A stretch of 64,000 nt of DNA from Octopus sinensis. Its lineage: Eukaryota. Positions 12,186 through 23,779 of the stretch are shown here, piece after piece. Location of the stretch: assembly GCF_006345805.1 (NCBI RefSeq), contig NC_042998.1, positions 55,924,001-55,988,000 of the forward strand. The letters run 5' to 3'. Each line of letters starts with the position of its first letter. Positions within the stretch are counted from its first letter, which is position 1. The notes beneath the pieces are model-generated. The model was not told where the DNA came from. It worked only from the letters and a program-made list of their open reading frames with translations, and did not search any database. The position numbers were made by a program, and so were the translations under genes.

Positions 12186-13843
12186 TATCGCAAATGTCCA
12201 CTATGACTCTTTTCTTTTCTATCTGTATGAAATACAGCACATTTTGATTTGTGCATCTCTACATCATTTACAGCTGTAGCTAGATGAGTTTCAATAAGTG
12301 CTGTACATATTTTTGACAGCATACTGAAAGATCTCTGGTATAAAATTTTGTTTCTGTTGTTGAGATGTAACTTGCCTCTGATATTTAATCAAAGAAGTGA
12401 CAAGATGTTTTGTTTGGCAGCATTGGTAACCATCCTGGGTCTATTATTTGTGAAGGCTTTTATGTATGGGTGTACAAAGCTTTGGTTCAATTTTGCTTGT
12501 AACTATGACAGCTGCTGCACTAGCTTTTGTTACACGCTTAAAACAATTTTTGTTCAACAGCTGCAACTTGCACTGCATCTGCATACTGTATTTTGTTGAG
12601 TGCAGATGGTATACAGTGTGTCATTTTTTATTGGTGGTATCTTGTAAGTTATGGTCTTCATCAGAGTAAATTTCTCTACCTTGTTCATGTAGTGGAGGGT
12701 AATTAATTGCGAGTTATGAATGTATGTATGTGCACAGATATAGATATACATGTACATGCGTGTGTGTGTAGGTATAGATCTTGATCTTGATATGTATGAA
12801 GCTATATATGTGTGTATATATATATATATATGCAATATGTATGTATGCATACATATATATATATATGCATATATACATGAAACTTCAATGCAGAGAAAGT
12901 CCACTGTTTCCACTATTTTTGTATCACGTAAAAAAATTTCCAACTAATGTTTAACTCTTTAGCATTTAAAACAGCCATATCTCACCCAAATAGTCTATCT
13001 TATGTTATGCTCAAAACAGCAAGCTTCAGGCTCTCACACCTACCCCACAATGTCAGTAGATACTTTCGAATTTGAATCTTAAACCTTAAAGACTTCATTC
13101 ATGAATTTCTATACATTCATACTTTTTTAAATGCATAATTACTCTGATAATTCTGCATTTTTACAGTTACACTTTTTCCATGAGAGTAGATAAATTTTTT
13201 ATTCCACAACGTATTTGCAGTGGCTTCAAGCAGGCATAGCATACATTCAATCCTCAATTGCCAAATTTCACTTAACGCTTCAACTGCACTTTCCTCAAGG
13301 TAAAACAATAGTTTTTCTGTGAATGACAATAGTTATACATTTCCCAGATGCCTTCACTAAGAAGAAGAATGTCTTTGCTGCTTAACCCTTCTAACCTCTT
13401 CTAGGCCACCACTGGCTGGAACAGAGATAACAGACCTCAAATGAAATCATTTGTTCTCAACAATATGTCTATACTTCTGGCTGATTTTCGATAGTTATAA
13501 AAACAAGAACTCCATAAGCTAAAGGCAGTTACTGAGAGCGACCATCAGTGAGTGTGAACATTATTATCGCACTTTCTTCAAACACTTCATTCATATATTT
13601 ATATAACCTTTCTCACCAACCTCCAACAATCTTTCTTACCAACCTCCGAAAACCCCTCTCGCCAACCTCCAACAATCTCTCCCACCTTCAGCTGACAGTT
13701 TTTTGTACTTTTTCATGAGGGAAAATACACCTTTTCTGTTCTGGCAGTTATAACAAAATTGATTTCTTATATCAGAGTAATAAGGTGTTTCAATAGAACA
13801 TATTTACCCCCGGGAATTGCTGGGTACACCAGGTAGTACATAT

Positions 13844-13903
<60 letters not shown>

Positions 13904-14004
13904 TATATTATTTATTTATATATATATATTAAATTATTTATATGTATATATTATATTATACTATATTATCTCTATATGTTATGTATATATATATAATTAT
14001 TATC

Positions 14005-14580
14005 CACAAGGAGCTAAACAGAGAGAAGACAAACAAGGATGGAAAAACGGATTAAGTCGATTATATCAACGCCAGTGCATAACTGGTACTTATTTAATCA
14101 ACTCCGAAAGAATGAAAGGCAAAGTCGACCTCGGTGGAATTTGAACTCAAAGCATAAAGGCGGACAAAATACCTATTTCTTTACTACTCACAAGGGGCAA
14201 AAACAGAGAGGACAAACAAGGACAGACAAACAGATTAAGTCGATTATATCGACACCAGTGCGTAACTGGTACTTAATTTATCGATCCCGAAAGGATGAAA
14301 GACAAAGTCAACCTTGGCGGAATTTGAACTCAGAACGTAACAGCAGACAAAATACCTATTTCTTTACTACGCACAAGGGGCTAAACACAGAGAGGTAAAA
14401 CAAGGACAAACGGATTAAGTCAATTATATCGACCCCAGTGCGTAACTGGTACTTATTTAATCGACCCCGAAAGGATGAAAGGCAAAGTTGACTTCGGCGG
14501 AATTTGAACTCAGAACGTAACGGCAGATAAAATACGGCTACGCATTTCGCCCATCGTGCTAACGTTTCTGCCAGCTCGCC
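14005..14580 (-). mobile_element. SINE family B with three tandem ~185-bp cores
   Basis: Three repeats of GATTAAGTCGATTATATC...GAATTTGAACTCA, then the head reverse complement CTGCCAGCTCGCC. Confidence 0.85.
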
Positions 14581-14959
14581 AGTTGGGCGACAGCTTACGG
14601 TACTTCAAGACTTTGTCCCACACGGCTGCTACTGAATATGTTATGTTTTTCAGCTAATTTTCTTTGTTTTAACAAAACAAGAGAATCCAAGAATGTCTAT
14701 ACATTTAGGTAATAAATATCGATGAAAATTGGATGCTTGGAAATTATATCGAATCATGTACGCCTTGAAATGTATGACTATGCAGTTTTGAACATTTCTG
14801 TTGAAGATGTAATAGATGTGAAATGGATATACTGGAGTTCTTGAAGCACAAACAAACTGAGAGAAAATAATGATTTTCAATAGAAATTTTGGTTGATTAT
14901 ATTTGTTGATTGTTTCGACAACACTACTTCACAGAGTTTCCTCAAAAGACATTCTGTTA

Positions 14960-15936
14960 TTAACCCTTTTGATGCCATATTTCAGTTGAAATTTTTTGCC
15001 TTTGTTTCAGTTAATTTTGAAAATTATGAAGAAGTTAGTAAAACAATTTCTCATTATTAAGCTGCTGTTTAGAACATAAATGAACATGAAATTCCAGTGG
15101 ATGGTCATCCTTTAAATCACTTTGAAAGAGGAAGTTTGTATCATACCACTTAGGACCAGTCTAAGGAAAGTTGGTATCAAAAGGGTGGATCTTTTTGGTT
15201 TGACCGGCAGTTTTTTCTAGCGGTGTCATATGAAATTGTCCCCCCATAATTATGACCCTAGTATCGATCTATTGTATTTCAATCTGTTTTAGGGTTAGGG
15301 TTAAGGGTAAGGTTAGTTAGGATTAGGGTTAGGGGTGGGGGAAGGGTATCTTTTTTTCTTCACAAATATAAATAAACCCGATCTGTTTCTTAAACAAGGG
15401 ACATATTCATACGGCACAGAATGTTTTCACCTCAATAGACGTCATTGATTGGTTGAAATTGCAGAAATTGAAGAAAAGGAAGCACAAGTCATATGATACA
15501 AATATTGGGATCTTTTCGGTTTGAACGGTAGTTTTTTCTAGCGGTCTCATATGAAATTGTCACCCATAATCATAACCCTAGAATCGATCTATTGCATTTC
15601 AATCTCTTTTAGGGTTAGGGTTAGGGTTAGGGGTGGGGGAAGGGTATCTTTTTTCTTCACAAATGTAAATAAACCCAATCTGTTTCTTAAACGAGGGACA
15701 TATTCATACGGCACAGAATGGGTTTTTTTTTACCTCAATAGACGTCACTGATTGGTTGAAATTGCAGAAATTGAAGGAAAAAATAACAAATATCTTACAA
15801 ACTATAGAATTTTCTCAATAAAGCCAAGAGAAAAAGATGTTTTATAAACACATTCTACCAGTATACGCAATGTTTAGTTATGTGGAAATTATTTTAAAAA
15901 ACTGCCGGTCAAACCGAAAAGATCCAAAAGGGTTAA
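14960..15936. mobile_element. piggyBac-like MITE (TTAA-CCCTTTTGAT...ATCAAAAGGG-TTAA), split in its right TIR by the insert at 15187-15925
   Basis: TTAA at 14960-14963 and 15933-15936; CCCTTT/AAAGGG termini as in the copies at 17970 and 62755-62963. Confidence 0.7.
15187..15925. mobile_element. Merlin-like MITE (GGATC termini, 8-bp TSD), with a second left end at 15508
   Basis: TIRs GGATCTTTTTGGTTTGACCGGCAG / CTGCCGGTCAAACCGAAAAGATCC; TSD AAAAGGGT at 15179-15186 and 15926-15933; internal TTAGGG tracts. Confidence 0.8.
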
Positions 15937-16226
15937 ATATGAAAAAATAAAAGATGCATTTTCACTAAATGCATAGATGGATTAATCATTACCAGAATGC
16001 CTTTCATTAAAATTTCTTCTCGCTTGAAGATAGCCTGGGGTTATGATAATACGTGCTCACACTTAAGTGCGTCACACGCAGATTCAAACTTAAACTAAAG
16101 CATTGGTGTATGTATGAACGGGTGGTAAGCCAACGAAAGAGGCTCTGAGTTGTTTGACCTACGAGCAATGGCAAATAAGTCTCCCTTAAACCAGTCTTTT
16201 CTCTGAGAAAATTAGATACATTTGGA

Positions 16227-17013
16227 TAATGCCATTATAGATATTCTCTGTGAAGAATACAAGCTGAATTGGTCAAGACTAGAAAACTTTTATTAGCAGG
16301 CATTTCGTTGGGGGAAGAAACACATCTCACTCTTGTAAAAGTTGTCATCAGTGAATTCTAAATATGAAGATAATGCAAAATATTTATTGTATCCAACATT
16401 ACACTTTAGTGATCTTTTCGGTTTGAACGGCAGTTTTTCAAGTGGTGTCATATGAATTGTCACCCATAATTATGACCCTAGTATCGATCTATTGCATTTC
16501 AATTTGTTTTAGGGTTAGTTAGGGTTAGGGGTGGGGGAAGGGTATATTTTTTTCTTCACAAATGTAAATAAATCCAATCTGTTTCTTAAACAAGGGACAC
16601 ATTCATACGGCACAGAATGTTTTTTTTTTACCTCAATAGAGGTCATTGATTGGTTGAAATTGCAGAAATTGAAGAAAAAAAAACAACGAATATCTTACAA
16701 ACTATGGAATTTTCTTAATAAAACCAAGAGAAAAAGATGTTTTATAAACACATTCTACCAGTATAGGAAGTTTAAAATTTTTTAGTTACCTATAAATTAT
16801 GTTAAAAACTGCCGTTCAAACCGAAAAGATCTAATGCCATTATAGATATTCTGTGTGAAGAATACAAGCCGAAGTGGTCAAGACTAGAAAAACTTTCATT
16901 AGCAGGCGTTTCGTTGGGGAGAAAAACATCTCACACTTGTAAAAGTTGTCATCAGTGAACTCTAAATATGAAGATAATGCAAAATATTTATTGTATCCAA
17001 CATTACACTTTAG
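16227..17013. repeat. ~183-bp direct repeat pair (16227-16409 and 16832-17013) bracketing the MITE
   Basis: Both copies run TAATGCCATTATAGATATTC...TCCAACATTACACTTTAG and are roughly 90-95% identical by eye. Confidence 0.9.
16411..16831. mobile_element. Merlin-like MITE, same family
   Basis: GATCTTTTCGGTTTGAACGGCAG...CTGCCGTTCAAACCGAAAAGATC; flanked by long direct repeats (see findings). Confidence 0.85.
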
Positions 17014-17969
17014 AACTAACGAACCACTTTAGAGATAGAGAAAAGTGGCTGATATATAATTGTTATTTGAAAATAATGTCCATTGAATAAACCTTTTTAA
17101 CTTTGAAACAACAATGCTAACTAATAAAAATCTTCAACATCGTATGTGTCGTGCAAGGGAGTGAGTGAGTATGAAAAAAAGGCAATCTAACTTAAAGGAT
17201 CATATTCAGAACGGTCACACGTACAAACAGCACACACGCATTAAGATGACTCGCTGAAGCACGCATACGAAGCTCTCTCTCTCTCTCTCCCTTTCTTTCT
17301 CCTTTTCTCTCTCTCTCTTTCTCTGACTGTGTCTCTTTCGTTCTCTCTCTTACACTTTCTCTCACACTCGCTCCATTTCACACACACACACACATACACA
17401 CAAACACATATTCTCACTCAAACATACGGGCTTACATGTCCACGCATAACAAACATGGACTTGCACACACGCATATATATCTGTTCCATCTTATACTCTT
17501 CCCTCCTCCCCATTTATTCACGTTGAAACTCGAAGAATCTTCAGATTAAGTTATTCTTTAATTTACACATTAAAATCTCAAAATCCTTTACAAACTCTTT
17601 ATTTTTAATTTCATATTCTTTTCTCTCAACACAAAAAAAACTTTGTTTTTTATTGATTTATCGCCTAATTTTAAAAGTGTGCAAATCAACCTCTTCTATA
17701 TGTAATAGCCAAATTCCACCTCAAATAAGAAAGGAACGATTCATGGAAAACGTAAATGGAGTTAGTCATGGTTGGCACGCCTTTGCTTCTAGTTTTTGCT
17801 CAGATATCTTAGGGGCGTACACATACACACATGAATAAAAAGTTAGCATACCTTCATAAGAGGGCCCCCACCCGACTTTTTTTTTTTTTTTGTAACTTTC
17901 AAAAATTGAATATTTTAAATGAAAATTTCTACAAATACCTTTTCAGCTGGTGTAGACTGCGATTATAAT

Positions 17970-18195
17970 TTAACCCTTTTGATACCAACCCGGCCAAAAT
18001 CGCCTCTGGCTCTGTAGTACAAATGTCTTGTTTTCATAAGTATTGAATTAAAATCTTCCACCAAACCTTAGTCATAATTTATGTTCTCCACACTAGCTTG
18101 ATGATAACTAAGTTCTTTTTCTAAATTCCTTGTTATATTTAAAATTAATTGAATGAAACCCAGAGCATCTCGAAATAAATACTGTAACGAAAAGA
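17970..18195. mobile_element. piggyBac-like MITE (TTAA-CCCTTTTGATACC...), right end decayed
   Basis: Homologous in inverse orientation to 62755-62963. Confidence 0.65.
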
Positions 18196-18424
18196 AAAAT
18201 ATACATGTGGGCGTACACACATGCATACTCACATACATCACAATTTATTGAAAATTTAAAGTTTCGTTTTGTGGATATGTGTGTGATTTGTATCTGTGCG
18301 CACCCACCATTTTTCTTTTTTTTTTTTAACATTAAATTCTGATATAAGCGAAATCTAAACAATATGAAAGATTTTTGTGGAAAATTTCATTAAAAAGTAC
18401 CCATTTTTCTGAAAGTTATGAGTA

Positions 18425-18945
18425 CCGTAAATCCTCGGGTATAATCAGCATTTTTTTCCCAAAATTTAAAGGTCAAAATCCCTAGTGCGTACTATATACG
18501 AGGTTAAAAATGAAAATTATTTTCGAAGCATTGTCCGAGTCTCTATTTGCTGTCCGGCAATGTTTATTCAGACGCATTTTGTGATGTCGGACACGAAGAT
18601 ACCTTAAGCTAAGCCTGAAAGCAATGAAGTCATAAAAGGATCATCCATAACTTGCAATAAGCAACATTTAGTAAACGTTGTGACTGTTATTACTGTTATT
18701 TCTTTATTTTCTGCAAACAAAATGCACAAAAAAGCCACACGTTAGCATTATGTTATATATACAATAATAATAAAGGACGTTGCCGTATACAGTTTTACAA
18801 ACCAAGGACGTTATATAAACCTCCTTGACTCAAATTAGAGAAGGGGTGCGTATTATACACAAGGTTTAGGTTTTTCAGAGGTACAGCCCCCTAAAAATCC
18901 CCTGCGTATTATACTCAAGAGCGGACTATACTCAAGGATTTACGG
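18425..18945. mobile_element. Tc2/pogo-like non-autonomous element with TA TSD
   Basis: TA-CCGTAAATCCTCGGGTATAATC...GACTATACTCAAGGATTTACGG-TA; internal subterminal GCGTA(C/T)TATA repeats. Confidence 0.75.
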
Positions 18946-19479
18946 TAAACAAAATCGATTCCTGTGAACATGTCACACTGTCACCTCACCCAAGTTCTTT
19001 TTGTAGTTTTTACTCTCCCGATTCCTTTGTTTGCGACAACATGGATTACGATGTTGCCAAAAATAAAAGCAACTTTTCAAACTCTCAATTCTACTCCCCA
19101 CACTTCAATTTTTTTTCTTTTATTCTTTTTCAATACTTTTTTTTATTAAAATCCTGACAGTTTTTCTGTATATGTCTTGCAACTGTTAGAATTTTTCCAG
19201 CTGATTTCCCCACGGAAAATGTATTTATTTATATATATATATATTGTTTTCGACAATGTCTTTCATGTGCTGAAGATTGCCGAACACGTACGCACACCAC
19301 ACACACGCGCTTTTATAAAAAAATAAATAAATAAATAAATAAATACATAGAAGTTCCTTAAACTGCCGGGGACGTCGGAAAATCAATTGGCAAAATTTTG
19401 ACTGTTGTCGTACTTATACTGAAAGATTGCCGAATTCCACGTTAAAAAATATAGATATTGCAATTGTAGGAATATATAT

Positions 19480-19510
<31 letters not shown>

Positions 19511-19703
19511 TTACAATTGCCCCCACTCACTCGGCTTTCGAAATACGCACACTTACGGGCAGTTTTAAACTCGTCCCTTCATTTGCACGTTGAACAGCAA
19601 ATAGCAGACGACACAGATGAGTCAGGCTTCGGAAGGCTAGTAATAACAGCCAAATCTCCTTAAAGCTATACACCTAACATTATAAAATGGAATAGTTTGT
19701 GTG

Positions 19704-19757
<54 letters not shown>

Positions 19758-20604
19758 ATATTATATATATATATATGCACACACACATACACACAAATAT
19801 GGTGACAGTGATGATTCGGAAAAATGACTTTTTCCAAAATTTCAATTTTTTTTTTTAAATCACCTAACTCTGTCACCTTGCCAGATAGAAATGCATCTGC
19901 ACAATTGTTCTCTAACTTACAAATACCAGTTCTACCATAATTACAAAAAATACTAAGGAAATGTTTTCGGCCCCCTCTTCCTTCTGCATCCACACAATTC
20001 TTAGTCTTCTATTATAGTTCTTTTCACATCGTGGATTGAGAAGGAGGGGAGGGTGGACAAATCGCCATGTTTAATAAAAATCAAGATGATTTTTAAACAT
20101 TTAAAACTTATCCAACACCACGGCAAAGAAAGAAGGATTGTACGAAGGCGAACTCTGTTATATTATAATTGATAAAGAGTGGGGAATGGAGTGTTCCCCT
20201 AATATTTTGGTGCGAGACGATTATTGTCAATTAGAGAGAGCCATTACATTTAAAGTAGGAGCTGGAAGCCTTTCTACTCAATTGAAAATGTAAACAACCT
20301 ATTAACGCTTCCATGATGGAAGAAATGAACGTGTGGGTGGGTGGTGTAGTATAGAATGTTTTCATGGTGTCATGAGACATGGAAGAAGCATATTTCAAGT
20401 TTGGTGTTCACCTAACAACTTAGTTTTCTCGTAACTTTCTAAATAATACATCGTTTTTAATGAAAATTTCAGCGATATTCTATCGAAGAAGTTTGATGAG
20501 GATCTTTTCTGATTGGCTGCCAGTTTTCAATATCTTCAATTCCAGCTCGAATTGATTTCATCAGTGTAATGATATGGTTTCACATGCTAATCACTGCTTT
20601 TCGG

Positions 20605-21002
20605 GGACCTTTTCGGTTTGAACGGCAGTTCTTTTCTAGCGGTGTCATGTGAAATTGTCACCCATAATTATGACCCTAGTATCAATCTATTGCATTTCAA
20701 TCTGTTTTAGGGTTAGGGGTGGGGGAAGGGTATCTTTTTTTCTTCACAAATGTAAATAAACCCAATGTGTTTCTTAAACGAGGGACATATTCATACGGCA
20801 CAGAATGTTTTTTTTTACCTCAATAGAGGTCATTGATTGGTTGAAATTGCAGAAATTGAAGAAAAAAAACAACAAATATCTTACAAACTATAGAATTTTC
20901 TCTATAAAGTAAGAGAAAAAGATGTTTTATAAACACATTCTTTAAAATTTTTTAGTTACCTATAAATTATGTTAAAAACTGCCGTTCAAACCGAAAAGAT
21001 CC
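20605..21002. mobile_element. Merlin-like MITE with 8-bp TSD CTTTTCGG
   Basis: GGACCTTTTCGGTTTGAACGGCAG...CCGTTCAAACCGAAAAGATCC; CTTTTCGG at 20597-20604 and 21003-21010. Confidence 0.85.
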
Positions 21003-21008
21003 CTTTTC

Positions 21009-21753
21009 GGGATCTGTTCAATTTGGCTCACAGATTTTTTTTAATTAATATTTTTCTTAACCAAACAGTTTGAAACTTTGTATACTGGCGGAATTTCTCA
21101 CCCAGAACACAGTTTACTTTGAACAATTTTGACAAAATTCCATATTTTAGGAGTTATTTCATGTTAAAGTTGTCATATTGGGGTAATTTTAGCTAATCAA
21201 TGACGTGCAATTCAGTTGAAGAAAGCTACTGCTGTTTGCGATAGTAATTGAAGAGAACAACTTCCAGGTCATCTCTACTAAATGTCACTACTCTGTTCTA
21301 TTCATATGTCGAGTGAAGATGATGCCAACCTTATATCTTTTCTTCCTTTCTAGTCAGCACCCTGCATTCCTTATTCTTTCCCTTCCTACTGGCAGACAGC
21401 CATTGGCAACCAGCAAGTGAATTTGTCATTGCCAGCCAATAAAAAAAAAAGAAAGCAAGTAATATGCAATACAGGCAGTAAACAAAAAATAAAATAGAAC
21501 AGAGTGGTGTGACATTTAGTAGAGATGACTTGGAAGTAGCTTTCTTCAACTGAATACACATAGCTGATTGGCTAAAATTACCTAAATACGACAACTTTAA
21601 CATGAAATAACTTCTAAAATACGAAATTTTGTCAAAACTGTTAAAAGTAAACCATGTTCTGGGTGAGAAATTCCACCAATATATGAAGTTTCAAATTGCT
21701 TAGTTAAAAAAAAATCAATTAAAAAAATCTCTGTGCCAAACTGAACAGATCCC
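21009..21753. mobile_element. Fold-back element (GGGATCTGTTC termini) with ~260-290-bp imperfect inverted arms
   Basis: Left arm 21009-~21300 is the reverse complement of ~21490-21753 (e.g. CCAGGTCATCTCTACTAAATGTCAC vs GTGACATTTAGTAGAGATGACTTGG). Confidence 0.85.
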
Positions 21754-22464
21754 ATGTTTGCAATAAATCAATAAATAAAGAGCTTTTAAAGTTTGGAAAC
21801 TTTGAGTAATTTTAGCCAGTCATGAACCACAAACATATTAATGCTTCTTTCCATAGTAACAAATCAAGTGTGAGAATTCTTATCATGAGAAGACATGTGC
21901 TGACAAATATATTCTATTCATTGAGGTGGTGGTGGATGTGCTAAAAATAACAACTAAATAGGCCTTGAATCATGTTTTGGATTTTATATTATCGTATAAA
22001 TTCATGTGTATAGAACTTTAAAAAAAATAAGTTCATGCCTTTGTAACTATTCAATAGATATATTTGTTCATAATCATAACCATTGCACAACACAAACTTG
22101 AATGGCAGTATCTTGAATGATAGACAGTATTACCAACGTGAAATTAAAGAGTAAAAAAGAAATTCCTAGTTTATGTTTAACTTAATGCAAAATCAAAAGT
22201 ATTCAATAATAATACTTTTGCTTTTTTATCGTGTTTTCCAATTTCCTGTTGGTAATAAATAAACTATGTGAATTATGATAATGTCATTTGTTTTTTATAT
22301 ATATAAAATAATTCGAACTCAAATATTTTCTCACACCGTCTCTGATGAAGGGATATGTATAGTATCCCAGAAACAGCTGTAAGACTATTTCATTATAAGT
22401 GTCCTCACAGCCTTGGATTTGTTATCTCATTCAGTCTAATCTGTGTGTGTATATATATATATCA

Positions 22465-22872
22465 TCATGATCATCATCATCATCATCATTTAACGTCCGC
22501 TTTCCATGCTAGCATGGGTTGGACGGTTCAACTGGGGTCTGGGGAGCCCGAAGGCTGCACCAGGCCAGTCAGATCTGGCAATGTTTCTACAGCTGGATAC
22601 CCTTCCTAACGCCAACCACTCCGAGAGTGTAGTGGGTGATTTTATGTGCCACCGACACAGGTGCCAGACGAGGCTGGTGAACGGCCACGCTCGGATGGTG
22701 CTTTTTATGTGCCACCGACACAGGTGCCAGACGAGGCTGGCAGACGGCCACGCTCGGATGGTGTTTTTTATGTGCCACCGACACAGGTGCCAGACGAGGC
22801 TGGCGAACGGCCACGATCAGATGGTGTTTGTTACGTGACCACAGCACGGAGGCCAGTCGATGCGGTACTGGC
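22465..22872 (-). mobile_element. SINE family C with three internal ~62-bp tandem units
   Basis: Starts (CAT)n-TTAACGTCCGCTTTCCATGC; TTTATGTGCCACCGACACAGGTGCCAGACGAGGCTGG occurs three times. Confidence 0.85.
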
Positions 22873-22896
22873 TATATATATATATATATATATATA

Positions 22897-23765
22897 GTTG
22901 GAATTTACAAAAAAACAAAAGACAAAGACAGGTGTGTAACCAACAAACAGGTGTATTAGCTTAACACTAGGAAGGTGAGAAAGTCTTATACGTTTCAAGC
23001 CTACACTCTTTAATAGAAAGGAACACAATAAAATAAACAGAAAGATAATAAAAAAAGAAAGCTTTAGTAGCTAGCAGTTAATCATGGCAATGGCCAGACA
23101 GAGGTGGTCAAACAGGAGAGCTAGGAAGAAGGAGAGATAATAAAGTAGTGGTGATCCCAAAACAAAGGTGCACGTGCGTATATGAGAGTGCGTGTGTGCA
23201 TGTGGATAGGAGCTGGTAACCTTGACATGTGGGTGTGTGCATGTGTAGGTGTGTGCATGATGGTGTGAGTGCTGGGAAGTGGTCAATGCTAGTGTGTACA
23301 GGTGGTGCAATGTGGTGTGGTGGTGTGGTGTGATGGTATGGTGTGGTGATGTGTGGTGTGGGGGATGCAAGGGTTATGTGGGAGTGGAATATGTGGAAGT
23401 GGGATGGGATGTATAGGAATGGTAGGGTTGGGATGTGTAGGGTGGGATAACGATGGCGGGGGGGTGATGATGGGAGAGAGTGGAAGGGAGAAGGTGGGTA
23501 GGAGTGAAGAGAGGAAGTAGATGTCAGAGCAAGAGAGGAGAGGTTGGTGGGAATGAAGAGAGGAGGGGAGTTGCGCCCATGTAGCACAAATGAGCGAAGG
23601 AGAAGATTAATTCCTGTTCACAGCGAAGACGGGTGTCCGGATGGCCCCTTGCAAGGACAATGATGAACACAGACAGGTGTTGTAAAGAATGACAAGAATC
23701 TTGTAAAATGCTATGATGCATTCATGGGCAACCTTTTCTGTGAAGGGTGCCACATCAGGCATGGC
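22897..23765 (-). mobile_element. Penelope-like element 3' remnant (GIY-YIG C-terminus, low-complexity UTR, pLTR-type end)
   Basis: Minus-strand QHLSVFIIVLARGHPDTRLRCEQELIFSF (cf. PLE R...EQ.LIF.L..L). The 22900-23100 end is homologous to 29738-29947 and abuts a (TA)n run. Confidence 0.6.
22983..23020 (-). ncRNA. Degenerate minimal hammerhead-like motif
   Basis: Minus strand CTTTCTATTAAAGAGTGTAGGCTTGAAACGTATAAGAC aligns with the better-preserved motif at 29846-29883. Confidence 0.45.
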
Positions 23766-23779
23766 TCATCATCAAGCAA

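Larger units (their letters stand above)
9380..12700 (-). mobile_element. Decayed CR1-type LINE (APE endonuclease and inter-domain region), interrupted by a mariner and a SINE
   Basis: Minus-strand motifs in order: NIRG...TALIETHL...FHTDRKEKSHSG..AIYIHES (spans the mariner site), LLMGDFNFPNI, IYKFAKKK, then LLNKQF..IF...INEEDVTSPIDEVNLNSAMCPDGF (cf. EEDV..AI..LK.NSA.GPDG). Confidence 0.75.

Noticed and set aside
13117-13560. ORF 13117-13329(-) with plausible splice sites
   Set aside because: Adjacent frames are broken by stops, no partner exon was found, and the family is not recognisable; probably a decayed TE, left unassigned.
15289-15347. True telomere or chromosome-fusion scar
   Set aside because: The tracts are short and sit at the same position inside each MITE copy, so they travel with the element.
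22620-22830. CRISPR-like array (three ~62-bp repeats); also considered for 33890-35060
   Set aside because: The units are contiguous tandem copies without unique spacers, inside eukaryotic repeats, and no cas genes are present.
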